Notes: generated by a model not told the origin, from the sequence alone. A DNA stretch of 64,000 nt from Candidatus Gastranaerophilales bacterium (GCA_028696075.1 JAQVHS010000003.1:121639-185638), one strand, 5' to 3'. Counted from the stretch's first letter, positions 26,358 to 36,073 are shown. Program-made: numbers and translations.

Positions 26358-27677
26358 CTAGCCCTCTTGGTTAACAACGTCTTCATCTGAGTATCTTGCA
26401 TTTGTATTAAGACCGCCAAATTTTCTTGCCATTATTTTCTCGTCATCAAACTGTTTTTGCACCGCTTCATCAAATATAATATCCTGAGCCTGAATTGATT
26501 TTAGCAATTTTTCCGTACTTAAATATCCTTTTCTGATATTTCTAGTTGCCATTGTAACAGCTTGATTAATATCTTCCGGTTTATAGGCTAATTTTTTATT
26601 TTTAAATGCTTCTGTTATAACTGCATAATCTAGTTCATCAGTTGTTTTATTTGATTGTTTTATATAAAAATTAACCATATCGGCAAAATCGCAAATATCA
26701 ACCGAACCTATGGGGATACGCATATCAGCCCTGCCGTTGCGCAATAAATCAGGGGTAATATATGACAACTTGTTTGATGTAGAGATAAATATTACTCCCC
26801 TGTCTTTGCAATTATTCACAAGTTTCAATAATTTTGCGTTTCTCACGGGGTCATGAAATTCCATACCTTCTTTTCTGGCATTTTTATCTGCTTCATCTAA
26901 AAGGATTATAGTGTATTGTGTTTTACCTGATTTTTCAAACCTTTTTTGCGCATCGCCAAACATTTTTTCCATTGTTGCTATATCTTTTTCGGTATCTTTA
27001 ACAAACTCTAGTTCTTTAAAACAACCGCCTTTTTCTACATAATGTCCAGCCAGGGCTGTAGCAATAAAGCTTTTGCCTGTTCCTCTCGGACCAAAGAAAC
27101 ATATTCCGTTAGGCAGCATATCATGCGCGCTTGAATCACCGTCCATTACCTGCAACAGCGGTAACAACAGATTTCTTGCCAAGCCTAATTTTAAAAGCTC
27201 GTTGCCTATAACTTGGTTTAAACCTACTTCTTGACCTGTGCCGTTGGCAGGAATTGTAACTTTTTCCAGTTCGTTTATGTATTCTTTTTCCGCTTCTTTA
27301 GAAGAAATTTGACCGTTATTAGCATCAACTTTGGCTTTTTTATCATTCAGCATTTGTATTTTTAGCGCTTCTGCCTTGGCTTTTCTTTTATTATCAACCC
27401 AGTCACTGATTGCAAGCACAGCGTATACACCGCCGCCTACCAAAGCCACACCTGCTGCACAGATAGCAAGTGAAATCGCTGCAGCACAAATCAGCTCCCA
27501 TATCAGTATTCCCAGCCCTGTAGTAACGGGTTCAATCCCAAAAGAAATCTGTTTTGGCGTTGTTTTTGAATTAAAAGAATCGTATTGATTATTTAACTTA
27601 GTTAATAATCTGTTTTCGGAAGTTTTTGTTTGCAAACTTTGATTAGCATTAAAAAATGCGGTCTGGTTAACTCTCAT
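26358..27677 (-). CDS. Membrane-anchored classical AAA ATPase (intact motifs), first gene of the cassette
   Basis: Long hydrophobic N-terminal region (GLGILIWELICAAAISLAICAAGVALVGGGVYAVLAI). Walker A FFGPRGTGKSFI, Walker B IILLDEADK, SRH LLRNGRADMRIPIG, C-terminal ARKFGGLNTNARY. Confidence 0.8.
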   Translation of the reverse strand: MRVNQTAFFNANQSLQTKTSENRLLTKLNNQYDSFNSKTTPKQISFGIEPVTTGLGILIWELICAAAISLAICAAGVALVGGGVYAVLAISDWVDNKRKAKAEALKIQMLNDKKAKVDANNGQISSKEAEKEYINELEKVTIPANGTGQEVGLNQVIGNELLKLGLARNLLLPLLQVMDGDSSAHDMLPNGICFFGPRGTGKSFIATALAGHYVEKGGCFKELEFVKDTEKDIATMEKMFGDAQKRFEKSGKTQYTIILLDEADKNARKEGMEFHDPVRNAKLLKLVNNCKDRGVIFISTSNKLSYITPDLLRNGRADMRIPIGSVDICDFADMVNFYIKQSNKTTDELDYAVITEAFKNKKLAYKPEDINQAVTMATRNIRKGYLSTEKLLKSIQAQDIIFDEAVQKQFDDEKIMARKFGGLNTNARYSDEDVVNQEG

Positions 27678-27850
27678 TCTATTTTTCCTTTTATAGTAAC
27701 TGTCATATTAATTGGTATAAATAATGTAATATTATTTTTTACCTTAGCCATGTGGGCTATTTTTATTCTACAATAATATCTAATATTATATTCAATTACA
27801 AGATTAATAAGATGATATTTTAAGAAAAATTAATTTTGTATATATTATTT

Positions 27851-27990
27851 ACATATTGTCTGAAACAATCCAGACAAAAGCTTGCAAAACGACACTTGAA
27901 GCACTGGATTGTCACACTCCACTGCATTACGCTCGAAATGACAGCGATCAACTCTTACGCTCTTTACCTGTTTACCTCCGGCACCGCAAA
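27851..27990 (-). repeat. GC-rich palindromic intergenic repeat, copy B (inverted relative to copy A)
   Basis: The reverse complement reads GAGTTGATCGCTGTCATTTCGAGCGTAATGCAGTGGAGTGTGACAATCCAGTGCTTCAAGTGTCGTTTTGCAAGCTTTTGTCTGGATTG. It is colinear with 10452-10545 at roughly 80% identity by eye. Confidence 0.8.
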
Positions 27991-28002
27991 GACGGTTTGA
28001 TA

Positions 28003-28566
28003 TTAAAAGTCGTTTAACACCTTCAAAAGTGTATCTGTCGAAAGTCCTACCACATTCTTATGGCAGCCGTCGACATTTTTGACAAAAACCGAAGCTAACC
28101 CCTGAATAGCATAAGCCCCCGCCTTGTCATAAGGCTCATCCGTATTAACATATTCTTCAATCTTAGCAGGTGGGATTTTTTTAAATTCGACATTAGTGGT
28201 GGTTGATTCGACAACTGTTTTGCCGCTTAAAACATCTATAACCGCAACAGCTGTTACCACCTGATGAATATCTCCGCTCAAAGCAGCTATCATATTATAA
28301 GCATCAGACTTGTCTTGCGGTTTTGTCAGAATTTTGCCGTGCAAAACAACCACTGTATCAGCAGCTATCACCAAAGCATCTTTTTCCGTTTTGGCGGCAA
28401 CATCTTTTGCCTTGCCAAGGGCAAGCGCCTCTATCTTTTCATAATAAAAAACATCATCTTCAAGATTTTCCTCAAAATCAGACTTGATTATTTCAAATTC
28501 CAAACCGGCTTCTTTCATCAACTCTCTTCTTCGGGGTGAAGCAGACGCCAAAATCAACTTTTTCAT
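28003..28566 (-). CDS. maf: Maf-family nucleoside triphosphate pyrophosphatase
   Basis: LILASASPRRRELM, ADTVV and KAGAYAIQG motifs; 187 aa. Confidence 0.9.
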   Translation of the reverse strand: MKKLILASASPRRRELMKEAGLEFEIIKSDFEENLEDDVFYYEKIEALALGKAKDVAAKTEKDALVIAADTVVVLHGKILTKPQDKSDAYNMIAALSGDIHQVVTAVAVIDVLSGKTVVESTTTNVEFKKIPPAKIEEYVNTDEPYDKAGAYAIQGLASVFVKNVDGCHKNVVGLSTDTLLKVLNDF

Positions 28567-29582
28567 CGGGGCAGCAACCTTTGTACTTGCTCAAACACAT
28601 TGTCGACCTTTATATCCAGACAGTTTCTTTCATCGCAAGAAACTTGCCTTTTCGCCCACAAGCACGGGCGGCATTCGCATTCGTCATTCACCGCCACTAT
28701 AATATTATCTTTTTCAGGCAAAAGGATTTTGTCATCAGTGGGACCGAAAATTGCAACAACAGGGGTGTCTAAAGCCACCGCCATATGCAAAGGCGCGCTG
28801 TCCGCACACACCATTACAGCTGCATTTGATATCAGTGAAACCAAGTCTGAGATGTCTTTGGTCTTGCCGTAGCAGTTTTTAAAATCTTCTGTATCATTCG
28901 ACATAAAGGAAGTTATTTTCTCAACGGTTTCTTTATCGTCAGGTCCGCCCGCCAACACTACCGTATGATTGTTATCGTACAAAATCTTATCAATCAATTC
29001 AGCCCAGCGTTTTTCATCCCAAAATTTCATGATGTTTTTGCGAACGCTCATCAGACTTACACCGGGATGTATAAGCACAACAGGCTTATCCGACTTAACC
29101 TTAAAATCAGAGGAAAGCGTATTTATTTCAGGCAAGGTACACCGCGCCGCCGGGTTAACTATTTTAACCAAATCATGGTACATATTTGCGGCATACTGAT
29201 TCTTATTTATCTTTGCGGTTTTGGTAAGTAAAATATTACTCAAAAGTCCACTGTGAAAACCGTATCGCTCTTTAATCAAACTCAACGCCAAAAGCACACT
29301 TACTAAAATTGAAGAGCCGGAAGAAAATACTACATCAAACTTAGATTGCCAGACTTTCAGCAAAAACTTTATAATCTCGACGTATTTGTATTTTGACTTG
29401 ATGTCAACACAAATGACTTCGTCAATATAAGAGGTTAAATCTTTACAGGCTTTGCTTCTTGGCTCTATCGCCAAAGTTATTTTACAATCAGGATAGGTTT
29501 CTTTTATGGACTTTAGCGTAGGAAAAAACAGGATTTCATCACCAAGCCCGCCGAAATTTATAACAAGAATGTTCTTAGACAT
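28563..29582 (-). CDS. Glycosyltransferase family 9 (LPS heptosyltransferase-like)
   Basis: ILVINFGGLGDEILFFPTLKSIK at the N-terminus and CADSAPLHMAVALDTPVVAIFGPT near the C-terminus are typical GT9 motifs. Confidence 0.8.
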   Translation of the reverse strand: MSKNILVINFGGLGDEILFFPTLKSIKETYPDCKITLAIEPRSKACKDLTSYIDEVICVDIKSKYKYVEIIKFLLKVWQSKFDVVFSSGSSILVSVLLALSLIKERYGFHSGLLSNILLTKTAKINKNQYAANMYHDLVKIVNPAARCTLPEINTLSSDFKVKSDKPVVLIHPGVSLMSVRKNIMKFWDEKRWAELIDKILYDNNHTVVLAGGPDDKETVEKITSFMSNDTEDFKNCYGKTKDISDLVSLISNAAVMVCADSAPLHMAVALDTPVVAIFGPTDDKILLPEKDNIIVAVNDECECRPCLWAKRQVSCDERNCLDIKVDNVFEQVQRLLPR

Positions 29583-30999
29583 CGGTGTACACCTTCTTTG
29601 TAAAGACGCTTAAAATCGCAAGCGACAGCCAAAATAAAATTTGAACCTGAGGCCTGTACCAAATGGTATCAAAAAGCCCGTGTATAAGCATTGAAAATAT
29701 TGCCAGAGCAGCGGTAAAAACCATAATCTTAACACTCAAAGAAGTTGATAAAAACGCATTCTTCAAAGCCTTAGCAAATGCAAGCAATACAGCCCATAAG
29801 AAAAGAAACGGTGCAAAAATTCCTGACTCTGCCGCCATTTCAAGATAAATGTTGTAAGCGCCCAAAGCATCAAACCCCGTTACCATATACAGTCCGTACA
29901 TCAATCGAAACGTTGTATTCCCGGGTCCAACCCCTATCCAAAAGTTGTCCAAAAACATTTTAAAGGTGGAAGCATAAACATTCATTCTGTAAGAATTACT
30001 GCTGTCGCCCCTGAAGGTAAAGATTGAAGAAATTCTATGCATAAGCGAGGAGTTAGAAAGCACAACAAACAGCCCGATGAGGGCTAAAACTACCGCGCCG
30101 ATTATTATTCGCTTTTTTATTTCAGGGTTTTTCGCATAGGATTTGAATAATACAATAAATCCGAACACAAAAGATGCCAATATAGCCAGGTAGCCTGCCC
30201 TGCAGCCTGTTAATACGATAGCCCCAAGCCCTAACAGCGTAAACAATAAAAACATAAGCCCAGCTTTTAAATGCTTTTTAATAACCAACAAAAGCGAAGA
30301 AGCTGCAATAAAAGGAACCGATGCCAGCAGATAACCTGCAAGCAAATTGGGGTTATAGGGCTTTAGCGTACCGTAAACACGGTTCATTAAATTTTCGGGG
30401 TTTACGTTGGATGTATCCTGCCAGCTTGCTAAAGGTTCAACCCCTGCAATATATTGTTTCCATACGAGCAAAACCTCTGCCGAAGCAGAAATAGCGACCA
30501 GCATAATAACCGTGAAAATTCTTTTGGGATTTTCACGTAAGTAGTCAAAAACGGAAAAATATCCGCATATATACATAATCATTTTTGCCAGACCTTTGAA
30601 ACTCGGTATAAATAATGAAGAAAAAGCGCAGCTTACGGCAAGCAATGCCAAAAATAATATGACAGGCACATGCACCACGCTTATGTCGAATTTTTCAAAA
30701 TTTAAAAGCATCTTAAATACAGAAATTGCAATTAACAATACCAATAAAACACCAAAAAGAAACGTTGGGGCAAACGTCAACGAAAAAAGCAGCGCCGCCA
30801 ATACCACAAAATAAAAATTATCAATATTTTTAGCGATAAACGATGTTTTGTAATTTTCTTTTATAAAAGGGATTTTTCTTACCAAAACTGACAATGATGA
30901 CAAGATTCGGGCTAAAAAACTATTGTTAAAAAAAGAATTAACGGCCTTATCGTCAAGATTTAACTTCCTAAAAAGATTTACTATATATGATTGGCTCAT
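29575..30999 (-). CDS. O-antigen ligase (WaaL/Wzy_C)-family polytopic membrane protein
   Basis: 474 aa with about 10 or more hydrophobic helices. It has a periplasmic-loop region with R/H residues (TGCRAGYLA...HRISSIF). It sits inside the LPS-core operon. Confidence 0.65.
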   Translation of the reverse strand: MSQSYIVNLFRKLNLDDKAVNSFFNNSFLARILSSLSVLVRKIPFIKENYKTSFIAKNIDNFYFVVLAALLFSLTFAPTFLFGVLLVLLIAISVFKMLLNFEKFDISVVHVPVILFLALLAVSCAFSSLFIPSFKGLAKMIMYICGYFSVFDYLRENPKRIFTVIMLVAISASAEVLLVWKQYIAGVEPLASWQDTSNVNPENLMNRVYGTLKPYNPNLLAGYLLASVPFIAASSLLLVIKKHLKAGLMFLLFTLLGLGAIVLTGCRAGYLAILASFVFGFIVLFKSYAKNPEIKKRIIIGAVVLALIGLFVVLSNSSLMHRISSIFTFRGDSSNSYRMNVYASTFKMFLDNFWIGVGPGNTTFRLMYGLYMVTGFDALGAYNIYLEMAAESGIFAPFLFLWAVLLAFAKALKNAFLSTSLSVKIMVFTAALAIFSMLIHGLFDTIWYRPQVQILFWLSLAILSVFTKKVYTDV

Positions 31000-31001
31000 A
31001 A

Positions 31002-31526
31002 TTATTTTTCTTCTTCAATTACTTTCACATCTGATACATTGCCTGAAAAACGATAGTTAGATCCTTCTATATCAACAGGCAAACCGATTTTAATCTTATT
31101 TCCGCCGATAACAGCTCCGTCCTTTGTAATAGTTGCATTATCTTTTAACACAACAGTATAGTAGTACTTTGCAGGATAAGCTAAATTATCATAAAGATAG
31201 GGAACTTCCGGTCTGTCATAGTTAAAGAACATTTCTTTAATACTCTCACGCTTAACATCAACGACTTCAAGCTCTGTATAAGGTACGTTTCTTATTGTAA
31301 TAAAAGACTTATCACCCTTTGAAATAATAGGCTCTGTAGAAGTAACGTCATAAGTTCTTGTTACAACCGTAAACATAACTGGTTTTTCGCCCGTAATTAT
31401 ATTTGAAGAGGTTTTGAATACTCCAAGCTTTACGGAAACAACTCCGGCAACAAACAGTAAAACAATAACCGCTATAAGAATATCAAGTTTATTAAATTTT
31501 GGGGCTTTCTTTTTAAAATTAAACAT
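31002..31526 (-). CDS. N-terminally membrane-anchored protein, unknown function
   Basis: 174-aa ORF with one TM helix (LDILIAVIVLLFVAGVVSV). The rest is beta-rich. It lies in the operon between the ligase and the small membrane protein. Confidence 0.5.
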   Translation of the reverse strand: MFNFKKKAPKFNKLDILIAVIVLLFVAGVVSVKLGVFKTSSNIITGEKPVMFTVVTRTYDVTSTEPIISKGDKSFITIRNVPYTELEVVDVKRESIKEMFFNYDRPEVPYLYDNLAYPAKYYYTVVLKDNATITKDGAVIGGNKIKIGLPVDIEGSNYRFSGNVSDVKVIEEEK

Positions 31527-31818
31527 TTATGACCTCTCTTTTGTAAAAAAATCTATAGTAAATATACAAAATCATATCTATAACAACAAGTGTAGCATTA
31601 AAAAAATATATGAAAAGAACAGCATCAAAATTATACAAAAATTTGTGTACAATGCCAAAAACATACCCCGTAAGAACAAGCAGCAAAAATCTCATACTTT
31701 TGCCTTCTACTGATTTCGCCTTATAAGTCTTATAGACAGCCATAGGCCAGCTTGCCCCGAAACATATCAGCATACCTGCTTCATAAAAACTCATGTTATG
31801 AAATAAATTATCAATCAT
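31519..31818 (-). CDS. Small 3-TM membrane protein, PQ-loop/SemiSWEET-like
   Basis: 99 aa with three hydrophobic helices. SWPMAVYKTYKAKSVEGKS resembles the PQ-loop signature P-x3-K-x2-K-x-K-S-x2-G-x-S. Confidence 0.4.
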   Translation of the reverse strand: MIDNLFHNMSFYEAGMLICFGASWPMAVYKTYKAKSVEGKSMRFLLLVLTGYVFGIVHKFLYNFDAVLFIYFFNATLVVIDMILYIYYRFFYKREVINV

Positions 31819-31830
31819 ATTCCCGCCTCA

Positions 31831-32865
31831 TCAAACGCTTAATTGCTTTTCTATGGCATCTATCGCCATTTCGGGGGTTATTTCACTAAGACAGCCGTAA
31901 TTATTTTTGCATTCAAATCTCAAATTGCAAGGGTAACAATCAAGATTGGTGTAAAGCGGAAGGGTCTTATCCGACCAGACCTTCCATTTTTTATAGTCCA
32001 TAGGACCGTAAATACCAATGGTAGGAATTCCTAAAGCTCCTGCTACGTGGAGATTTCCCGAGTCGTTACCAAAAAGCAGGTCCATACTTGCTATAGCAAC
32101 GGCGCTTTCAGTCAAGGAAAGCTTACCGCAAAGGTTTATCGGCTTCACCTGTAAATCCGTTTCAATAAGGGAATGGATTTCATCATAAATTTTGTTATCG
32201 CTTTGGGCGCCTGCATAAAAGACTTGTGCCTCTTTTACGTTGGACAAATACTCTATAACTTGGGCAAAATACTGCTTGTCCCACTGTTTTTTTGTATTAC
32301 CGCTTGTCGCATGAACCATAACTTTTTTCTTATCGCCTAAATTAAACGATTGGAATAATTCATTCATCTGCGCAACGTCCATAGGGTTAAGCCATGCTTC
32401 AAGATAATCGTCTTTAACCTCAATACCGTCGGCTCTTAATACGTCAAGAAACGACTCCACTTCATGTTTATTTTTGTCGTAAGGCACCTTTTTAGTTAGT
32501 AAAAAACTTCTTTTTTCGGTATCAAACCCCACTCTTTCCTTAATTCCCGCCATAGAAACCAAAAGCGCGCTGGACAGAGAACGCTTCAAGACATAAGCCT
32601 TATCATAACGCTCTGTTTGAAGCAATTTTACATATCTGAAGAAGGATTTTTTTCTTGGTTTGGAATTTTCATACCGGTGCTTTTTTGTCGTGTCAAAGTA
32701 AATTAAATTATCCAGATAAGGACACCCCTCGAGCAGTTCACCCGATACCGGACCTACAAGCATATCAATCTTGGCATAAGGGTATGCCCTTCTTAAATTT
32801 CTCAGGAAAGGAACCGTTAAAATTGTATCGCCTATAAATCTGTATCTTACTACTAAAATCCGCAT
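31831..32865 (-). CDS. Glycosyltransferase family 9 (LPS heptosyltransferase-like)
   Basis: MRILVVRYRFIGDTILTVPFLRNLRRAYP and GNDSGNLHVAGALGIPTIGIYGP are GT9 hallmarks. Confidence 0.8.
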   Translation of the reverse strand: MRILVVRYRFIGDTILTVPFLRNLRRAYPYAKIDMLVGPVSGELLEGCPYLDNLIYFDTTKKHRYENSKPRKKSFFRYVKLLQTERYDKAYVLKRSLSSALLVSMAGIKERVGFDTEKRSFLLTKKVPYDKNKHEVESFLDVLRADGIEVKDDYLEAWLNPMDVAQMNELFQSFNLGDKKKVMVHATSGNTKKQWDKQYFAQVIEYLSNVKEAQVFYAGAQSDNKIYDEIHSLIETDLQVKPINLCGKLSLTESAVAIASMDLLFGNDSGNLHVAGALGIPTIGIYGPMDYKKWKVWSDKTLPLYTNLDCYPCNLRFECKNNYGCLSEITPEMAIDAIEKQLSV

Positions 32866-32927
32866 AATTTTCCCATCTCCAAGATTTATTATAATTCACA
32901 AAAAGAGTTTTGTGTTAATATTAACTT

Positions 32928-33647
32928 ATGTTTTCAAAAAATTATGAAATTAAATACCATGAAATAGACACGCAAATGGTACTAAAACCCTCGGTGTTAT
33001 TTGAATACCTGGAAGATATAGCGGCAAAGAATGCCGACACCATAGGCTTTGGGTATGATGACATCACAAGGCGCGGTTATGCATGGTTCCTTCTAAAATA
33101 CACAATGGAGTTCAGTAATTATCCTCAAAATATTTTAGGACTAAAAATAGAAACAGAACCAAGGGGTGCAAACAGATTATTTGCTTACAGGGATTTTGCA
33201 ATCAAAGATGGGGAAAATGATGTTATAGGCAGAGTAAACAGCACTTGGGGGCTTATCGACATAAATACCAAATCAATGGTAAATCCTCAAACGGCTTTCC
33301 CTCAAATGGCTCCTTTAGAAAAAAGAGAGGATGACCTTAAATACACTAAAATACCTGCCATAACAGAACTTTCTGCAGAAAAAACTTTTCATGTAAGATA
33401 CGATGATATTGACGTTAATCAGCACGTCAATAACTCCAATTATATTCTTTGGGCTTTTGAGGCTTTGCCGATAGAATTTCGCAGTTCAAAAAAATTAAAA
33501 AAACTGGATTTAACTTATAAAAAAGAAGTTAAGTACGGCAATAACATTGTTTCTAAAGTGCAAATAACAGATAACACCACAATCCACGTTATTAAAAACG
33601 CATCCACAGACGAAGAACTTTGTTCTATCTTAGCGCAGTGGGTTTAA
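32928..33647 (+). CDS. Acyl-ACP thioesterase
   Basis: Double hot-dog layout: [16 protein letters not shown] in the first half, [23 protein letters not shown] in the second. 239 aa. Confidence 0.8.
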   Translation: MFSKNYEIKYHEIDTQMVLKPSVLFEYLEDIAAKNADTIGFGYDDITRRGYAWFLLKYTMEFSNYPQNILGLKIETEPRGANRLFAYRDFAIKDGENDVIGRVNSTWGLIDINTKSMVNPQTAFPQMAPLEKREDDLKYTKIPAITELSAEKTFHVRYDDIDVNQHVNNSNYILWAFEALPIEFRSSKKLKKLDLTYKKEVKYGNNIVSKVQITDNTTIHVIKNASTDEELCSILAQWV

Positions 33648-34717
33648 AATTCTAAAATCTTTGCTATTTCATCAACGTCAGAAGAAGCTTTTTTAACCGG
33701 GGTATTAGAATATTTAATAGCAGAATCCGGGTCTTTTAACCCGTTACCTGTAAGTACACAAGCAATAATGGAGCCTTTTTCGATTTTGCCTTGTTTATGT
33801 GCCTTTAACAAACCTGCAACAGAGGCGGCACTGGCAGGCTCTGCCAATATACCTTCAGTACGTGCCATAGTTCTGTAGGCTTCTATAATTTCTTCATCGG
33901 TTACATAATCAATCTGTCCGTTAGAATTGACACTTGCGGCTACTGCCTGCTCCCAGCTTGCAGGATTACCTATTCTTATAGCGGTAGCAATTGTTTCAGG
34001 CTTCATAATTCTCTCGCCTTTGACTATTGCAGCAGCACCTTCCGCCTCAAAACCAAACATCCTGGGCTTATTTGCAACTATACCTTTATCAAAGTATTCG
34101 CAAAAACCTTTCCAATAAGCTGTTATATTACCTGCATTACCAACGGGAATACACAAATAATCAGGGGCTTTACCAAGTACATCACATATTTCAAAAGCGG
34201 CTGTCTTTTGACCCTCTATTCTGTAAGGGTTGACCGAATTGACAAGCTTTATAGGGTATTTTTCAGAAAGTTCTCTTACTATCTCCAAGGCTTCATCAAA
34301 ATTGCCTTTAATAGCAACAACTTCTGCCCCGTACATCATTGCTTGAGAAAGTTTGCCAAGTGCAATATATCCGTCAGGAATAATAACGAAGGTCTTAAGT
34401 CCTGCCTTTGCGCCGTAAGCAGCAGCTGCAGCGCTTGTGTTGCCTGTACTGGCACAAACAATGGCGGTTGCACCTTCTTCAACGGCTTTTGAAACTGCCA
34501 TAGTCATACCGCGGTCTTTGAAGCTGCCTGTAGGGTTAGCACCGTCGAATTTCAAATATATATCTGCGTCTACGCCAAGTGCTTTAGCCAAGTTTTTGGC
34601 ATGAATAAACGGAGTATTTCCTTCATTCAATGTAATTACAGGGGTTTTATCAGATACGGGCAAAAATTCCGCATATCTGTTTATCAATCCGGTATATTTT
34701 TCACACTTAGGCATCAT
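33644..34717 (-). CDS. thrC: Threonine synthase
   Basis: LNEGNTPF and the PLP-lysine motif [12 protein letters not shown]. 357 aa, immediately downstream of hom. Confidence 0.9.
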   Translation of the reverse strand: MMPKCEKYTGLINRYAEFLPVSDKTPVITLNEGNTPFIHAKNLAKALGVDADIYLKFDGANPTGSFKDRGMTMAVSKAVEEGATAIVCASTGNTSAAAAAYGAKAGLKTFVIIPDGYIALGKLSQAMMYGAEVVAIKGNFDEALEIVRELSEKYPIKLVNSVNPYRIEGQKTAAFEICDVLGKAPDYLCIPVGNAGNITAYWKGFCEYFDKGIVANKPRMFGFEAEGAAAIVKGERIMKPETIATAIRIGNPASWEQAVAASVNSNGQIDYVTDEEIIEAYRTMARTEGILAEPASAASVAGLLKAHKQGKIEKGSIIACVLTGNGLKDPDSAIKYSNTPVKKASSDVDEIAKILEF

Positions 34718-35991
34718 TACAGCTCCATAACTCTTATCACTTTATGCACTTGTGCTATTGATTGTGTTTTGGCAAGTTCTTCAAGTGCGGTATTCAAATC
34801 TTTTTCAACACATTCGCCCGTTAAAATCACAATATTGGCAAGCCCGTTTTCAAGTACGCCTTTTTGGACGATTTTCACAAGGTTTATGTCGTGTTTAGCA
34901 CAGATTGTGCCGATATTACCGATAACCCCCGGGGTATCTTTGGCATCAATTCTGATAAAATATTTATTAGAAGAATTTTCAATATCAATTATTTCGGCTT
35001 TTTGAGAGTGCGTGCATTTCATCAAAGGCAAAAGATTATTAGTTGTATGAATCTCTGAAACTATTGCCAAAACATCGGCACAAACAGAACTTGCCGTAGG
35101 CATTTCGCCCGCACCGGGTCCGGTAAACATCACCTGATTTACAGGCTGGGCGTTAATTACAAGCGAATTTGTTACTCCGTTGATATGGGCAAGCGGGTGG
35201 TTTTTAGACACTAACATCGGATGCACCCTTACGTCCAGTTTGCTGCCTGCTTCCTGAGCAAGCGCTATAAGCTTGATTTTGTAACCGAATTCATCAGCAT
35301 AAGCAAATTCAATCGGCGTAAGCTCATCAATACCTTCTCTGTAAATATCTTCCTGATTAATGCGTTTTTTAAACGCAATGGAAGCCAAAATAGCAATTTT
35401 GTAAGCGGTATCAAACCCCTGAACATCACCTGTAGGGTCAGCTTCCGCATAACCAAGTTCCTGTGCTTCTTTCAGAACACTTTCATAATCAGCGCCTTCC
35501 TGATCCATTTTTGTCAAAATATAGTTAGTTGTTCCGTTTAAAATTCCTGCAAGTTTTTCATATTTGTTCGCAGACAAGCTCATTTTCATCGGCATAATCA
35601 GAGGGATTCCGCCGCCGACCGCAGCTTCAAACAATAAAAGGGCATTGTTAGATTTTGCAATTTCAAAAAGTTCTTCGCCTTTTTTAGCAATAAGTTCTTT
35701 ATTTGCAGTAACCACATGTTTCCCGGATTCCAAGGCTATTTTTACAAATTCAAATGCAGGTGAAACCCCGCCTATTACTTCTACAATAATATCTATTTCA
35801 GGGTCTATCACTATAACTTTTGCATCTTCTGTCAGTAAATCAGGGTTCAACCCGGAGATTTGCTGAACTTGCGTTTTATCTTTAACAGCTATTTTTTTAA
35901 TATTAATGGCTTTATTATCTTTTAAAACTTTGAATACACCGCCGCCTACTGTTCCAAGACCTAACAATCCTATATTTACCTGTTTTTGCAT
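34717..35991 (-). CDS. hom: Homoserine dehydrogenase with C-terminal ACT domain
   Basis: N-terminal Rossmann motif [12 protein letters not shown], then the catalytic region [14 protein letters not shown] and [13 protein letters not shown], and a C-terminal ACT-like ~80 aa. Confidence 0.9.
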   Translation of the reverse strand: MQKQVNIGLLGLGTVGGGVFKVLKDNKAINIKKIAVKDKTQVQQISGLNPDLLTEDAKVIVIDPEIDIIVEVIGGVSPAFEFVKIALESGKHVVTANKELIAKKGEELFEIAKSNNALLLFEAAVGGGIPLIMPMKMSLSANKYEKLAGILNGTTNYILTKMDQEGADYESVLKEAQELGYAEADPTGDVQGFDTAYKIAILASIAFKKRINQEDIYREGIDELTPIEFAYADEFGYKIKLIALAQEAGSKLDVRVHPMLVSKNHPLAHINGVTNSLVINAQPVNQVMFTGPGAGEMPTASSVCADVLAIVSEIHTTNNLLPLMKCTHSQKAEIIDIENSSNKYFIRIDAKDTPGVIGNIGTICAKHDINLVKIVQKGVLENGLANIVILTGECVEKDLNTALEELAKTQSIAQVHKVIRVMEL

Positions 35992-36073
35992 ATTTTACTT
36001 CCTTATTAGTATCTTCAATACAAAGATTTAAACATAAAAAAACTCTTATTTAAAGTGAAAAATCTAATTTAAA

